From assembly GCA_964374005.1 (NCBI GenBank), contig CAYJXB010000002.1, forward strand, positions 1-53,590: a DNA stretch of 53,590 nucleotides. Direction: 5' to 3'. The notes under the pieces were generated by a model. That model ran no database searches, was not told where the DNA came from, and saw only the letters and a list, made by a program, of their open reading frames with translations. The position numbers and the translations under genes are program-made. Positions within the stretch are counted from its first letter, which is position 1, and each line of letters starts with the position of its first letter. Below, one piece after another: positions 1 to 12,400 of the stretch. This stretch comes from an uncultured Planctomycetia bacterium (GTDB lineage Bacteria > Omnitrophota > Gorgyraeia > 2-02-FULL-51-18).

Positions 1-17
1 AGGCATTCCTTGACAAC

Positions 18-419
18 ATGTTTTCCAAGATGTCACAAGAATCTGAAACGAAGGCCGTCCTTATCACTGGCGGTTATCACGCGCCGAATCTCAAGAGTCT
101 CTTGAAGTCCAAGAAAATTTCCTACGTCTCGATCCGCCCGCAGGTATTTCATGAAACCAACCAGAAGCGATACGAAAAACTGCTTTTGAACCAACAAATT
201 GATCCGACACTCGTGAACCGCTATATCGCCAATGTTGGCAAATTGCAGTCACATAGCACAGCCAACATGCTTAGACCTTGGATGGGTAAAGATATGCCAT
301 TTTTGGCGGCAATCGCCGGGGAGTTTGGCGCGCCGTTGAGTGTGTTGGGAGTCCGGAGTTCGGAGTTCGGATTGCCAAAAATCTCCCCACTCCCAACTCC
401 AAGCTCCGAACTCACACCG
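18..419 (+). other. Module 0: C-terminal end of an unidentified domain cut by the window edge; weak resemblance to the GxxH...LLxxxGYxV C-terminus of TraB/GumN/Tiki-type putative proteases
   Basis: KAVLITGGYHAPNLKSLLKSKKISYVSIRP resembles the second GxxH motif region of that superfamily. This rests on motif memory only. Confidence 0.2.
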
Positions 420-3400
420 GGAGCGCGGCTGGCGGGGAAAGAGGACATCTGGATATCAGGGGATCAGCGATTAGGAGATCGGGGTATTGGGGTATCAGGG
501 ACATCAACTCAACAACTCACCGACTCAACAGCTCAACAATCTTTGGGTGCGCGGCTGGCAAATGACTTAAAAGCCATCAACCTATCGGGCAGACCTTTCT
601 GGTTATCGGCCGAAGAGGGATCAAAATTAGTTACAACACTTTTGGCCGAACTGCCTGCAAATCAGCGCGAGGCCGATATCCTGAGGCCTGTGCAGCAATA
701 CGCAAAAGGAGGATTTAATCCTTCCGACGTACCTCCGACCACCTTGCGGTTATCCGGCCATCTGATAGAATTTAGAAATCGTTCCGCTGGTACTTGGGAA
801 AAACTTCACGTCGATCCGGCGGATATTTTTCTTATCGATGTGGACGGCGAAATAGTGATTTTTCCTGGATTAAAGAATAAACTGTCAACCGAACTTTCGC
901 CCGAAGTTCTTCAAGGTCAGGTTGCTTATGCCGAAGTCAATCCTTTGGATAGGGATAAAGCGGCCCTGCTCCAACAGCTTGATCAGGCCGAAAGTTTTTC
1001 GAGAAAACCGGTCATCGGCGGAAATCTGAAGCTGGAATTTGAATCCCCGATTCAGCACGAACAGCTGATTCACGAAATCGCAGGGAGCCTGGAGGCGCTT
1101 AAAAACCAACGGCCAAACCTTGATCTGGGCAGTATAGACGTCTTCATCGCGCCGCAAGATGCGCATTTGGAAGCGTTGGCCAGAGCGATACAGCTTCTTG
1201 AGTTGAGGGGAGAGATCCGCAGAGGGCTTATCAAGCTTGGCGCTCAAAACGTCTCGCACGGAGAAAAAGGCGCGCATACGAGCGGCCTGCCTACGGCCCA
1301 AACGCTTAAGAATTTAGGAGTTGAATACGTCATCGTGGGTCATTCGGAGGCCCGCGAAGAGCTTCGTGAGACGGATCAAGAGATCAACCAAAAAATTAAA
1401 AATTTGATCGCTATCGGCGGATTGAAACCGGTGCTGGCGGTTGGAGAAAGCGCCGGACAAAGGCAAGCCGGTCAGACGGAGGGATTCGTCCGCATGCAAG
1501 TGTTAAGAGGTCTGGACGGATTAACGGCCGATCAAATTTTGACATCAGGTTTGGTGATTGCCTATGAGCCCATCTGGGCAATTGGTCCAAAAGCTATTGG
1601 AGCCGCCTCTCCAGAAGAGGCCAATCGTATCCAAAAGATTATCCGCCAGGCCCTTTTGGAGCAATTCGGATTAGAGGTGGCTTCCAAGACGCGAATTCAA
1701 TACGGCGGCAGTGTGAAACCTGAAAATGTGGCCTCTTTTGAACAAGAATTAAATATAGACGGCGGTTTGATTGGCGGCGCGGCCAAAAAAGGCGACACCT
1801 TTGTCCCGATCCTGTCCGCTTTTGCGGCCTCCGGCGCGCGGCTGGCGACGGCCATTTCCGCTGAGAAACGTGAAAAAATAGCCTCCATTAATCGGTTTTT
1901 GAATCAACCGCGCTTTAACAGAATCAAAGCAAATCGTCTCTGGACCGCCGATGATTTATACGAAGTCATGGTCGAAGAAGGCGTTTTTGAAGCGCCTAAA
2001 CTGCAGAATATTCTTGCGGACAAACTTTATAACGCGGCAGCGGAAGCTCAGCGCACCCGCAGTTTTGTCGCGACGGGCGGCGTAATGGACGGACCCAATG
2101 CGGCTGCCATGGCAGAAGCGGGCGCGAAAATCCTCTATTTCAGCGGCTGGCAGATGTCCCATCACTACGGTGAACCGGATCTGGCCAAATACCCTCTCGA
2201 TACCGTGCCGAAAAGAATCGCAGAAATTTATAAATTTTTACAAAATAAAGACACCAACCAAAAAGTGGTTTTCCGCCAGAGGATCAAAGCGATCGAGAAA
2301 ATATTCGATGAGCTCTTCCGAGAGATCAGAGCAAAGTCTCCGGCTGAATTAAATCAGGCCAAAGCGGCATGGGTGGCAAGATTCGTGTCCGCGGCCACTG
2401 AGAACGGAAAATCCAAATGGATTTACGTCAATGCTACGCGTGAAAATCCAAATCTTTATATTGGCGCTATTTTTGAAAAAATAGTCGAAGAGGCCATTGC
2501 GCAAAAAAGCTCCACTTCTCAGCAAAAAAGGGACGCGTTGCGCGAAGCTTCTTATTTTGCGCTCAAGGCCCAGCTTGTGGATTACCTCATCCCCATATTC
2601 GCGGATGGCGACACAGGACATCAGTCCGTCAAAGAAATGGTCAGGCTCTTTGTCGCCGCCAATTCCGCGAGCATCCATATGGAAGACCAGGTGCAGGGCG
2701 AGAAAAAATGCGGCCACATGTCCGGTAAAGTGCTTGTATCCATTTCCGAACACATGAAGCGTTTGGTTGAGGCCAGAAAAGAAGCGGACAAACTCGGTTC
2801 CAATCTCGTCATCATCGCCCGCACGGACGCGGAGGCGGCCAAGCTACTTCAAAGCAATGACGATATTCGTGACCATTATTTCATTCTTGGAACGTCCACC
2901 AAAAATCTTCCTAAATTAAAATACATCATTCAGCTGGCGAGACGCGATTTCAGCGACAGTCAGATCCGTTTGGACGAACTGGCTGGGCAGCACCCGGATC
3001 TGGTGGCCGCCATCCGCAAGGTTTGGACGCTTCGCGGCGTGATCACGGGCCGGCGCGTGGAACCGAACCAGCTTTTCTCCAATGAAGCGGGTTATACTTT
3101 GGACGCGGAAGAAATTTGGAATAGCCGCGAATCTATTGAATTTGGCGAAGACCGTTTAACCATGGACACGGTGCTCGATACCACTTATGACGATAGCACG
3201 GTCGCGTCTTTGTCCGTTCAAGAAATTTTAAATCTAAAACCCGCCGATATCGAAGACGAAATAGCCGCCATGCGCGCGCTTTCCGATCTTTGGAATTCCA
3301 AGGCCCAATTAAAGACATTTGCTCAAACCGTCGCGGACGCTATTCAGGACGAAGCTAAACGTAAGCAATGGCTGGCACTCACGAACCCTCTCAATGAAAG

Positions 3401-6400
3401 CACAGAGACCCAGAAGGTGCCGCGCTCCATCGAGGAGCTGAGGGAAGCCGCTAAGGCTGAATTCGGCGTCGAGGTCGATTGGGATTGGGAACCGGCCAGA
3501 ACTTTCGAAGGCTATTACCAGATTGATAAAAAACTGGGCGTCGTCAATTCTTCCGTTCGTATGCGCGAATTTTTAAAAATAGCCGATATCGGCTGGATGG
3601 AGCAGGACGGCCCTAATAAAAAACATTCCGCTGAATTGTCGGCGAATGTGAAAGCGGTTCCTCAGGGCAAAGACGCATTTCTATCTTTAAATCTCTCGCC
3701 TTCGTTTGACTGGAGCAATCCTGAAAAATGGAAAGATTCTTTAACGGAGGAGCAGATAGCAAACATCAAAGCCGCCAAAGCGCTTAAAGGTTTCAATTGG
3801 AATAAACAGGATACTTGGAGGAAATATTCCAAGGATATTCTTTTCTTCCTCGACATGCTGGAAAATTTTAGCCCCGAAATGGGCAAGCTCGGTTATCAGA
3901 TCCAGTTTGTCACCATTTTTCAAGACCATAATTCCACGCTCAACACTTATAGAGTCGGCATGGACCTTGTATCACGCGGCGCGGCTGGATATGTGCGCAA
4001 TGTGCAACAGGAAGAGCAGAGACTGGATTCAAGATTTGAAAGACATCAGACCGCGGCTGGCGTTCCTCGGGTTGACGGCGAAGATAGGTTGTCCAATCGC
4101 GGCGCTTCCGACTTAAGCGCTGGCGGAAAAGATTCTACGGAACATGGATTTGCGGCTTTGGGCATCCAACTGGGCGAGGAGGCTGGTTTGGGCGCATTCA
4201 CCGGCGAGGAGGTTCTTTTCTCGGCGGAGAATGGAGTTGCTTTTATTACCCTTAACAGGCCAACGTCCGGGAACGCGCTCACACTGGAGATGGTGCGTCA
4301 ATTGCGCACTTATCTAGCACAAGTTAAAACCGATCCTAACATTAAGGCGGTCGTGTTGAAAGGTGTTGGGACAAATTTCAGCACAGGGGATGATATCAAA
4401 TCGGTGGTGCGTGCGATCCACGAGGGGAAGATAGGCTTTGTTGATAGATTTTATGAGGAACAATACGCACTGTTACAGGAGATAATGGATCTATCAAGGG
4501 CGAAAGCAGTGATCTCGTTTGTGAACGGGTGGGTCATTAGCAGTGCCTTAGGTTTAGTAAGCTCGGGCAATTTTATTGTGGCGGATGAAACAACCAAGTT
4601 TGCGGCTTTGGATACCGGTTTGGGGCTGCCTCTCGGAAACGCGAACCCTTACCACATGCGCTTGAGAGTGCGCACACCAGCAGCGCGGTATTACGGCCTG
4701 ACGGGAGATAGTTTTAATGTGGCGGAGTCTAATGCTTTAGGTTTTGAAAACATTTTTTATTCACCGGCCACAAACCTCGCCGAGTTGGAGAGCGACATTA
4801 AAAAATTGGTGAGCGAGCTGAGTCGCAGGGGATTTGATGCGGATGATATTCTCCGTGAATTGGGTGTGATTTTGAAGCAGAGAACTGGTGAAGTCGATAG
4901 GACTTCACCAAAGTTGGAAGGCATCAACAAGTATTTTGGCAGTGATAAGGCGACTCTTCTGGAGATTGTTCAGTCTCTCGAGGCCCAGAGAAACACGGAT
5001 CCTTTCGCGGAGCAGACGTTAAAGATTTTGCAACTACGTTCACCTATTGCTCTTCAAGTGACGTTAAGTCTTATCGATGAGGTCACGAGTTTTAAAGACG
5101 CGTTAGACCATCAGTTGAAGGCCGTAAAATATTTGGCTACTCAAAATCCAGATTATGCTGAGGGGGTACAAGCGATTCTAGGGTTTGACGTATCGGCAGG
5201 TACAAAAACCGAGAAAAGAGAGCCTCGTTTTACAGGTGAGATGGGCAAGGTCGACGTGGCTGAATTAACCAAGGCTTTTGGAATTAGCGTCGGCGCGCGG
5301 CTGGCGGAGATTTCTTTCCGTGAGGATGACAAAGTCGGCAATGTCGAGGGCGCTTATAAAGACATTTATACGCCGGAAACCCTAAGCGTATTGAAGAAGC
5401 TCGCGCCGTTGACGGCAGAGCAAAATGATTTGATGAAAAAGCGTTACAACCGCCGCGAAGATCGTGCCGCCAATAAAAAAGATATCACGTTCCTCAATCC
5501 CAACAGTTACATTCCCGGGACCAAAATTTATGTTCGTGACGCGCGCAAAGGCAATTTTGAAGGCGCCTCCATCCCGCAGGATTTACAAAGGCAATGGATC
5601 CAGGGAACGGGACCTGCGGCAAGACCGAGGGAAACTCTCGAGAGAAGCCTCCGTAATATTGCTTACGCGCTTTTATCAGGAGCCGACGGTTGGATGTTTG
5701 ACGGAGAGGACGCATTGGGACAGGTCGACACGATGTCCCTGGACAATATCCGCAATCTCACGCTGGCCATTCATAAAGATCCCATATTTATGAAAGTCGC
5801 TGAAAATTTAGCCCAAGAACTCGTTCGCGACGGATTCCAACCTGCCGGTTTTGATTGGAAAAAGCAGCTGGATTTCACGACAAAGCTTTACCGCACGCGC
5901 GGGCTTCATTTGAACGACCGCCACACGATAGTCACCATTGACGGGAAAGAATACGCGATGTCGGCCACGATCGTAGACATGGTGCTTTACATCGTGAATA
6001 ACTATGAGCGTCTTTTGGATGAAGGATCTACGCCGACTTTTTATCTTCCCAAGCTCCAGACGGCCGAAGAGGCCGCGTTTATGGCCAAGATCATGGATGC
6101 GTTGGAGGATTCATTGATTTACAAGGACAAACCGCTCGAACGCGGTACGATCAAGGCTTTTGTGCTCGTCGAACAGCTTGAAGAATCTTTCCAGCTCATG
6201 GAGATAAGAGCCGCTTTAGGCAAACACTTTGTCGGTTTCAACACCGGCCGCTGGGATTATATCAACAGCGTCTCCGATGCCAAGGCATGGGATGAAAAAT
6301 TCATCAACCCGAACATTGAAGAAATCACGATGACTTACGGTTACATGGGTAACTATGAAGACCGTGTACGCCGCGCTTCTTATACGCCCGACCGTAATGG

Positions 6401-9400
6401 CAACACTGTTCACTGGATCGGCGGCATGGAGCCCAATATTCCTGTCGGATCGAAAGAGGGAGTAGAAGCCGCGATGAAAAAAGCGGTGGCTGGCGGACAG
6501 CGCGAATTTAACGCCGGCGCCGGCGGCAAGTGGGTGGCTTCACCCAAAATGGTGCCTATTGTCCGACCTATTTGGGAAAAAGGTTTCGCCGGACAAACCA
6601 ACGCCGACGGAACGCCCAAAGTAAATAATTTGGAAATGAAAGTCAAACCGCTTACGTACGCCGCAAAAGATGCCACGGGACTCACAAAGCTTCCCGAGGC
6701 TCCGAGAACCATCCGGGGCGCCCGCAATCTTCTCAGCGTCGGTTTGCAGTATGGCAACGCTTTTGAAAGAGGTTTTGCGGCCGCGGCATTGAAACCCGCC
6801 GACTTTTTCGGAAATGACTCCATCTTATATCTTATGGAAGACGCGGCTACCGGTGAAATCCGTCTCAGCATCCTTCACGAGTGGGTGCATAAAAAGGCCG
6901 TTATCACTGAAGATGATTCTGAACTAGGCGTCAAAGCGGGAGATGTGTTTACTGACGAACTCTTTAAGAAACTCTTGGAACAAGAGTATCAAAAATTGTT
7001 AAGCGCGGACAATAAAGACGTGCACGATGATTCCAAGACGACAACGCTTCCGATCGCCCGTCAAATCGTTGAAACTTATGTACTCGATCCGGTGAAGTTT
7101 GCGTGGTACATCGACTTGTTGAACATCGTTCTCAATGTTTCTAACCTCGATGAAGCTACCCGCAGAATCAACCTTTATACGGACACTTGGAAAACCACCG
7201 GCAAACGTATCACGCATAACCTTGATTTTGCCCTCGCCGGCGCGCGGCTGGCGGCGGAAAAAGTGGCCGCACGAGAGAAGTTTGTGATATCTGAGAAAAG
7301 GTTAACGCTAAAAGCTGTCTTAAGACAGATAACCATGCGGGAGCCGTTAACGGTTGAGGTCGAACGTGGCACAACGGTTATACTCAGTAAGGCTGTCACG
7401 GCTTTGGGTCCAAACGAAACAGCGCTTCTTTTAAATAGGGACGATGTGGTGATGGTCAATGGCGAACACCCCACCGTGTCGTTAGAAGGCCGCCAGCAGG
7501 AACTTATCGGGAAATATTCGTCAACGTTGTCAAAACCGTTGAGCCAAACCGACGCCAAATTGGTGCGGCAAATGTTGCGTGATTATGATTACCGTTCAAG
7601 GGGCGTTGGCGCACCTTCGCCGGCTGTTTGGTTCCGTTGGGGGATCGTGTGGGGTCAGATGGCTCTGGACCGCGCGGCAAAATCAGGCGTTAAAAAACGC
7701 ACTGTCGTTCTGGCAAACGACGGAAGGATCGTTGATCCGGAAATTATCGAGGCCTTGGCGGCCGGCTTGGCCTATGCGGGGCTGGATGTAATTTATACTT
7801 CGGCAAAACATATGGATACAGCCACATCCTATTCTTGGTCGGTCAAGCAATTCAATCCTTTAGCTTCGATTTTTATTACTTCCAGTCACGTTGTCGCGGA
7901 AATGGGAGAAAAAATTCAAGGCGGTAAAATCAGCATTTCTGATATCGAAGGCCGTTTGTCCAGCTTGAGTACGCGTGAAATAAAAGACGAATCTTATAAA
8001 TCCTACGGCAAAATTACTCCGGGTACGTCTTCTGCAAGCACGGTTAGTGGAGAAATTGTCGAAGCGGATATTAGAGAAAATGTGATTCGGAACAATGTTT
8101 TGATCGGCCATGCTTTTTCAAAACCAGGGGCTCTCGCTCAATTGGATGAAGCATACAGGAGGGCTCCGGACGACATTCTTACGGTTATCAAAAAATGGGA
8201 GGATGCAATTCCGGCCGGTTCCCTGCCTTTGGACGGCATGGCGATCGTTGTTGACGGCAGGCATACGGAAAGCGGGTCCCTGGGGGTCGAATCCTTAAGG
8301 CGACTTGGCGCCAACGCCATCGGTTTAAATACGGATGTTTACGCGCTTGGCGGCGAGCATGGAGCAGACCCTTCGGCGAGGGAAAATTTATCAGATCTCA
8401 TGAAAAGAATGCATGACGAACGTGTCCTTATCGGCCTATCTTTTGACCTCGACGGGGATAGGGGAGCGATCGTGGTACGTTTTGAAATTACGCAAGCGGA
8501 GTTTGATAAACTGACCGACGATGAAAAAGAAAAATGTTTATTGACGGATGGAAGGATAAGCCGTTTTTTGATTCTTCCGCCGGATAATCTCGAAGCGGCT
8601 CTGATCCGTCCTCTTCTTGAACAGGGCGGATATAGAGACCTGGCCGAGAAAACCGGTGGAAAGAAGCTCGCGTTTGTGCGGGATGTTCTCTCCTCGGATA
8701 TGGTTGACGTCATCGCCAAACAAAACGGAGCGGAATCTTTCTTGACGGACTCCGGTTATGTTTTTCTTAAAGAAAAGGCGCGTGAATTGGAGAAACAAGG
8801 TTATCTAGTCGTGATGTTAGGCGAAAGATCCGGGCATACCTGGACTCGCGTTACCGGCGATTATGAAAATCCTATTGCGGTGGCGATCCAATTCGCGGTC
8901 ATGGCCCGGCAATACCAGACGGCCCATCCGGAGTCGGTGAACCCTTTTATGGATTTTTTTAAGGCCAATACCGTCCCGTTCAAACAATCTCTCCGTTTTC
9001 AGCCTGAGATCTCGATGAGTCTCTTAAGGAAGCTGTCCGGAGTAGACGATTGGCGATTTGAGCTAAACCCGGATGGAAAGACGCTTGAGACCAAACCCAC
9101 GCAAGTGGTGATTGCCGGAGCAAGAAATAGAGTCATAAGGAGTCTGATAAGCTATTTTAGACCTGGAAAAACTTTTGGAGATTTGACGATAGACGAATTG
9201 GTTTATCAAAAACCGAGTACCAGCCCCGATAAAATGTATCGCTTTGTCGAAGTTCGCTTTAAGACGGCAGACGGACTGCCTGCCGGTAAATTCGTGATGC
9301 GCGCCTCATCCAATGACCCTACATTTGTCGCCTCTTATGAAACACCCGCGCGAAAGGGAGAAACACTTGAGTCGCCTTCCGTCCACGACCGGTATATTTC

Positions 9401-12400
9401 CATCGGTGGTATCGTCATGCAATATCTTAGGAGAAAAGGTTTTACGGATGTGCTTGACAGTAAAGACGGCAACACTCAAATTGAGGCGGCGTCCTTAAAA
9501 GCTTATCTCAATTTTTTAGATGCTTTCGGCGCGCGGGCCGTGGAACTGACACCGCTTCTTGGGCTTCCCGCTGTTTTTGACCCGTCGACTCTTGCGGTCA
9601 CCTACGGTGATGGTGTTGGTTTTCTCAAAGCGTGGCAAAAGACAATCGGCGGGAATGTGATGTCGGGGGACGCGTTGTGGAAGAGTCTGAAATTAGCAGT
9701 CGGCTATGTTGATGAAGAAGGAAATGTTGGTCGACAGCCGGACCTTTCGCAATTTTATAGCCCGGAAAAGATCCTCTATCATGGGCATCAAGGCGCTTAC
9801 TGGAATGATAAAAAACTACGGACACTGTTGCAAGAAAACAAATTACGGCCTGATGTTACGGTCCTACCCGCAGGTTTCATCGGGGAGGAATATATCCGGA
9901 CTGAGGGGCATCATCATCTTTCAGGCCTGCCCGAAGTTTACGAGACCGTGTACGGGAGGAACGGCTACCTGCTTTTCAAGACGGTCTCCGAAGATTCCGA
10001 AGATATTGCAGATGTCATGTTTATCTTTGCCGAAGAAGGGGACCACGTCCTCTTTCCACCGGGTTATCAGCATATTAGCATTAATATCGGCGCGACGCCA
10101 TTTGTGATGACGGACTGGGTGAGTACGGAAGCACGCCCTGACTTTGAATATATCAAACGCCACCACGGTGCGCCCTATTGGGTGGTGAAAGGGCCGGATG
10201 GTCAACCCCGCTTCGTGCGGAACCCGCGCTATAAAGGAAAGGTCCCCGAAATCCGGTTGCTTCGACCTGCCGAGGAGATCCCCGAGTTCGGATTGAAGAA
10301 AGGTGTTCCGATGTTCAACCTCGTCAGGGAGGGGAAGATAGGTCTTCTTCGTTTCCTTAACGACACTAATGAATCGGGACGTTACGATGCCATTTACCAA
10401 AAGGCTTTTGTGCCGACTCAAACCCGCTCCGAATCTGGCGCGCGGCTCTCCACAGAGAAGGAGAGCCTGGCGCAGCCCGCCTTAACTTTGGCGGGCGCGC
10501 GGCTGGCGAGTTTTGACGATAAGCTTGAACGAGCTTTGCAAAACTCAAATAGGGAACGCGTCGATGAGCTCGTCCAAAATGATCTACTCAAGGGCAAACA
10601 ATTCCGTCGGTCAATCGGAACAAATGACGCTCGATTTACAACCGGACAAATAGAGCTCCTCGATCTAGCCATCGAAGCGGCATCCGGCGCCCGTCTCGCC
10701 CATCAAGCCGTCATCGCAACCCCCGCAAATCCCGCCGCGTCTCTTAACCAGGACCAGCAAAAACGTCTTTCTCAGCTCGCAGGCCATGAGGTCTCAAGAG
10801 CCTTTATCGAATCCCGTGTTTTTACCTTTTCATTAAGTGACTTTGACCTTTACGCCGAGACACCCAAGAATAAAGAAGATCAGCAGAAGGACGCTATTGC
10901 TAACTTTGTGAAAGGCGCCTGGTCCGCCGGCCGTGAATCTAGGGAGCTTGAAGGCGTGACCCCAGACGAACAAAAGACGGCTGAAAACGATCTCAGGGAT
11001 TCTTTGTCTTTACTTCAAAAAGCCGCTCAACATCTCCCTACCGGCAGTCTGAACCATGTCCGATTTGCTTTTGTTCTTGAGTCCGCGACTCCTAATTCCG
11101 AGGAGGTTAAATTCCTGACCGAGGTTCTGGGGTATCCTCCCCAAACCCACTCTTACTATGGCGAGGCGTCTCCTGAGCTTTACAAAGATGACACAGGTTC
11201 TGTGGTCGCCACCGCCGGCACCTTCCCTTATACAAAGGACGGTCAAGAAGTCAAAGAGCCCCAAACAATCTATCTAAGTGTCGCCTACCTCAAACGCTTG
11301 GCCCAGCTGATTCACCAAGACCAGCCAAGTGCGCAAGAAGTAATAAATCGAGTATCCCATGAGGTAGCCACTTTAAATTGGAACTTATCCGCTGAAGGCG
11401 GTCTTGAAGCCCGAGGCAATGAAGCCATTGAATCCAAAGTAAAAGCGCTCTATCAAAAATCCAAAGACGACCAGAGAGCCAAATGGATTGATCGTGACCA
11501 TAACCGGACCACCGAGCTTTTTGTCAGTGTCGATCTGTCAAAAGTTCTTGGACCGGTCACCCAGATCCCTGAATCGCTGGTTAAGAAAGCCGAGACACTT
11601 CTGGATCAACTCAAGAAACAAGGCGTGATTAAAGACCATTTTATCACGCGCATCGGAAACTACCTTCTCTTGGATATCTCTCATAATGACGGAGCCAAGA
11701 GTCAAAGGATCTCGAGCCTATTAGACGCTGTTTTATTTGGCGCTTTAGATGAGACGGTAAACCAAAGAGGACTTGCCCCTGTTCCGTCAGAGGCTACCCA
11801 GCTTCGCGCACTCCTGAATTGGAAGGAAGGGGAGGTCCGCTATAGCAAGCGGCCCTCACAGCCGACACTTCGCCAGGTCATTGTGGGCGGCGCTGAAAAA
11901 TCCTCGGATGGGATTTTATTTGACCTTTATGCCAGTCCCAATATTACAACCCAACAAGCCATTGAAGGCACACACGGGACTTACTTTGTAGCCCAGAATA
12001 CCGAAGCCAGACAAAAGGGTTTGGGCTTCACCTTGCCCGGGGGCAACAATAACAGGGGCCTGTTCCATCTTCTGGCCGTGTTAAAAACCGCCATGCATAC
12101 GGTGAAGGCCATCTTTGTCGGCAAAACCTCAAGGTTCCCCGTCGATGAACCCGTTGCCCAGGCCATCTCTCTGGGGGATCTTCAAGTTATTTTTTACCAT
12201 TCCCAAGCAGGCGCCGAAGCCGTGGGAGGGATCTCTGGCCCCGGAACCGCTCCGCGGATTATCGAAGGGACCCATGGAAGAAGGCTCTCTCTTAAACCCG
12301 TGACCCTGAAAGAGGCGGTGAATCTTACCCCTGAGAAGCTAAGAGGCGAGTTTGCCGGTTATGCCCCTACCATTATATGGGGAACCCAAGTCTTCGATAA

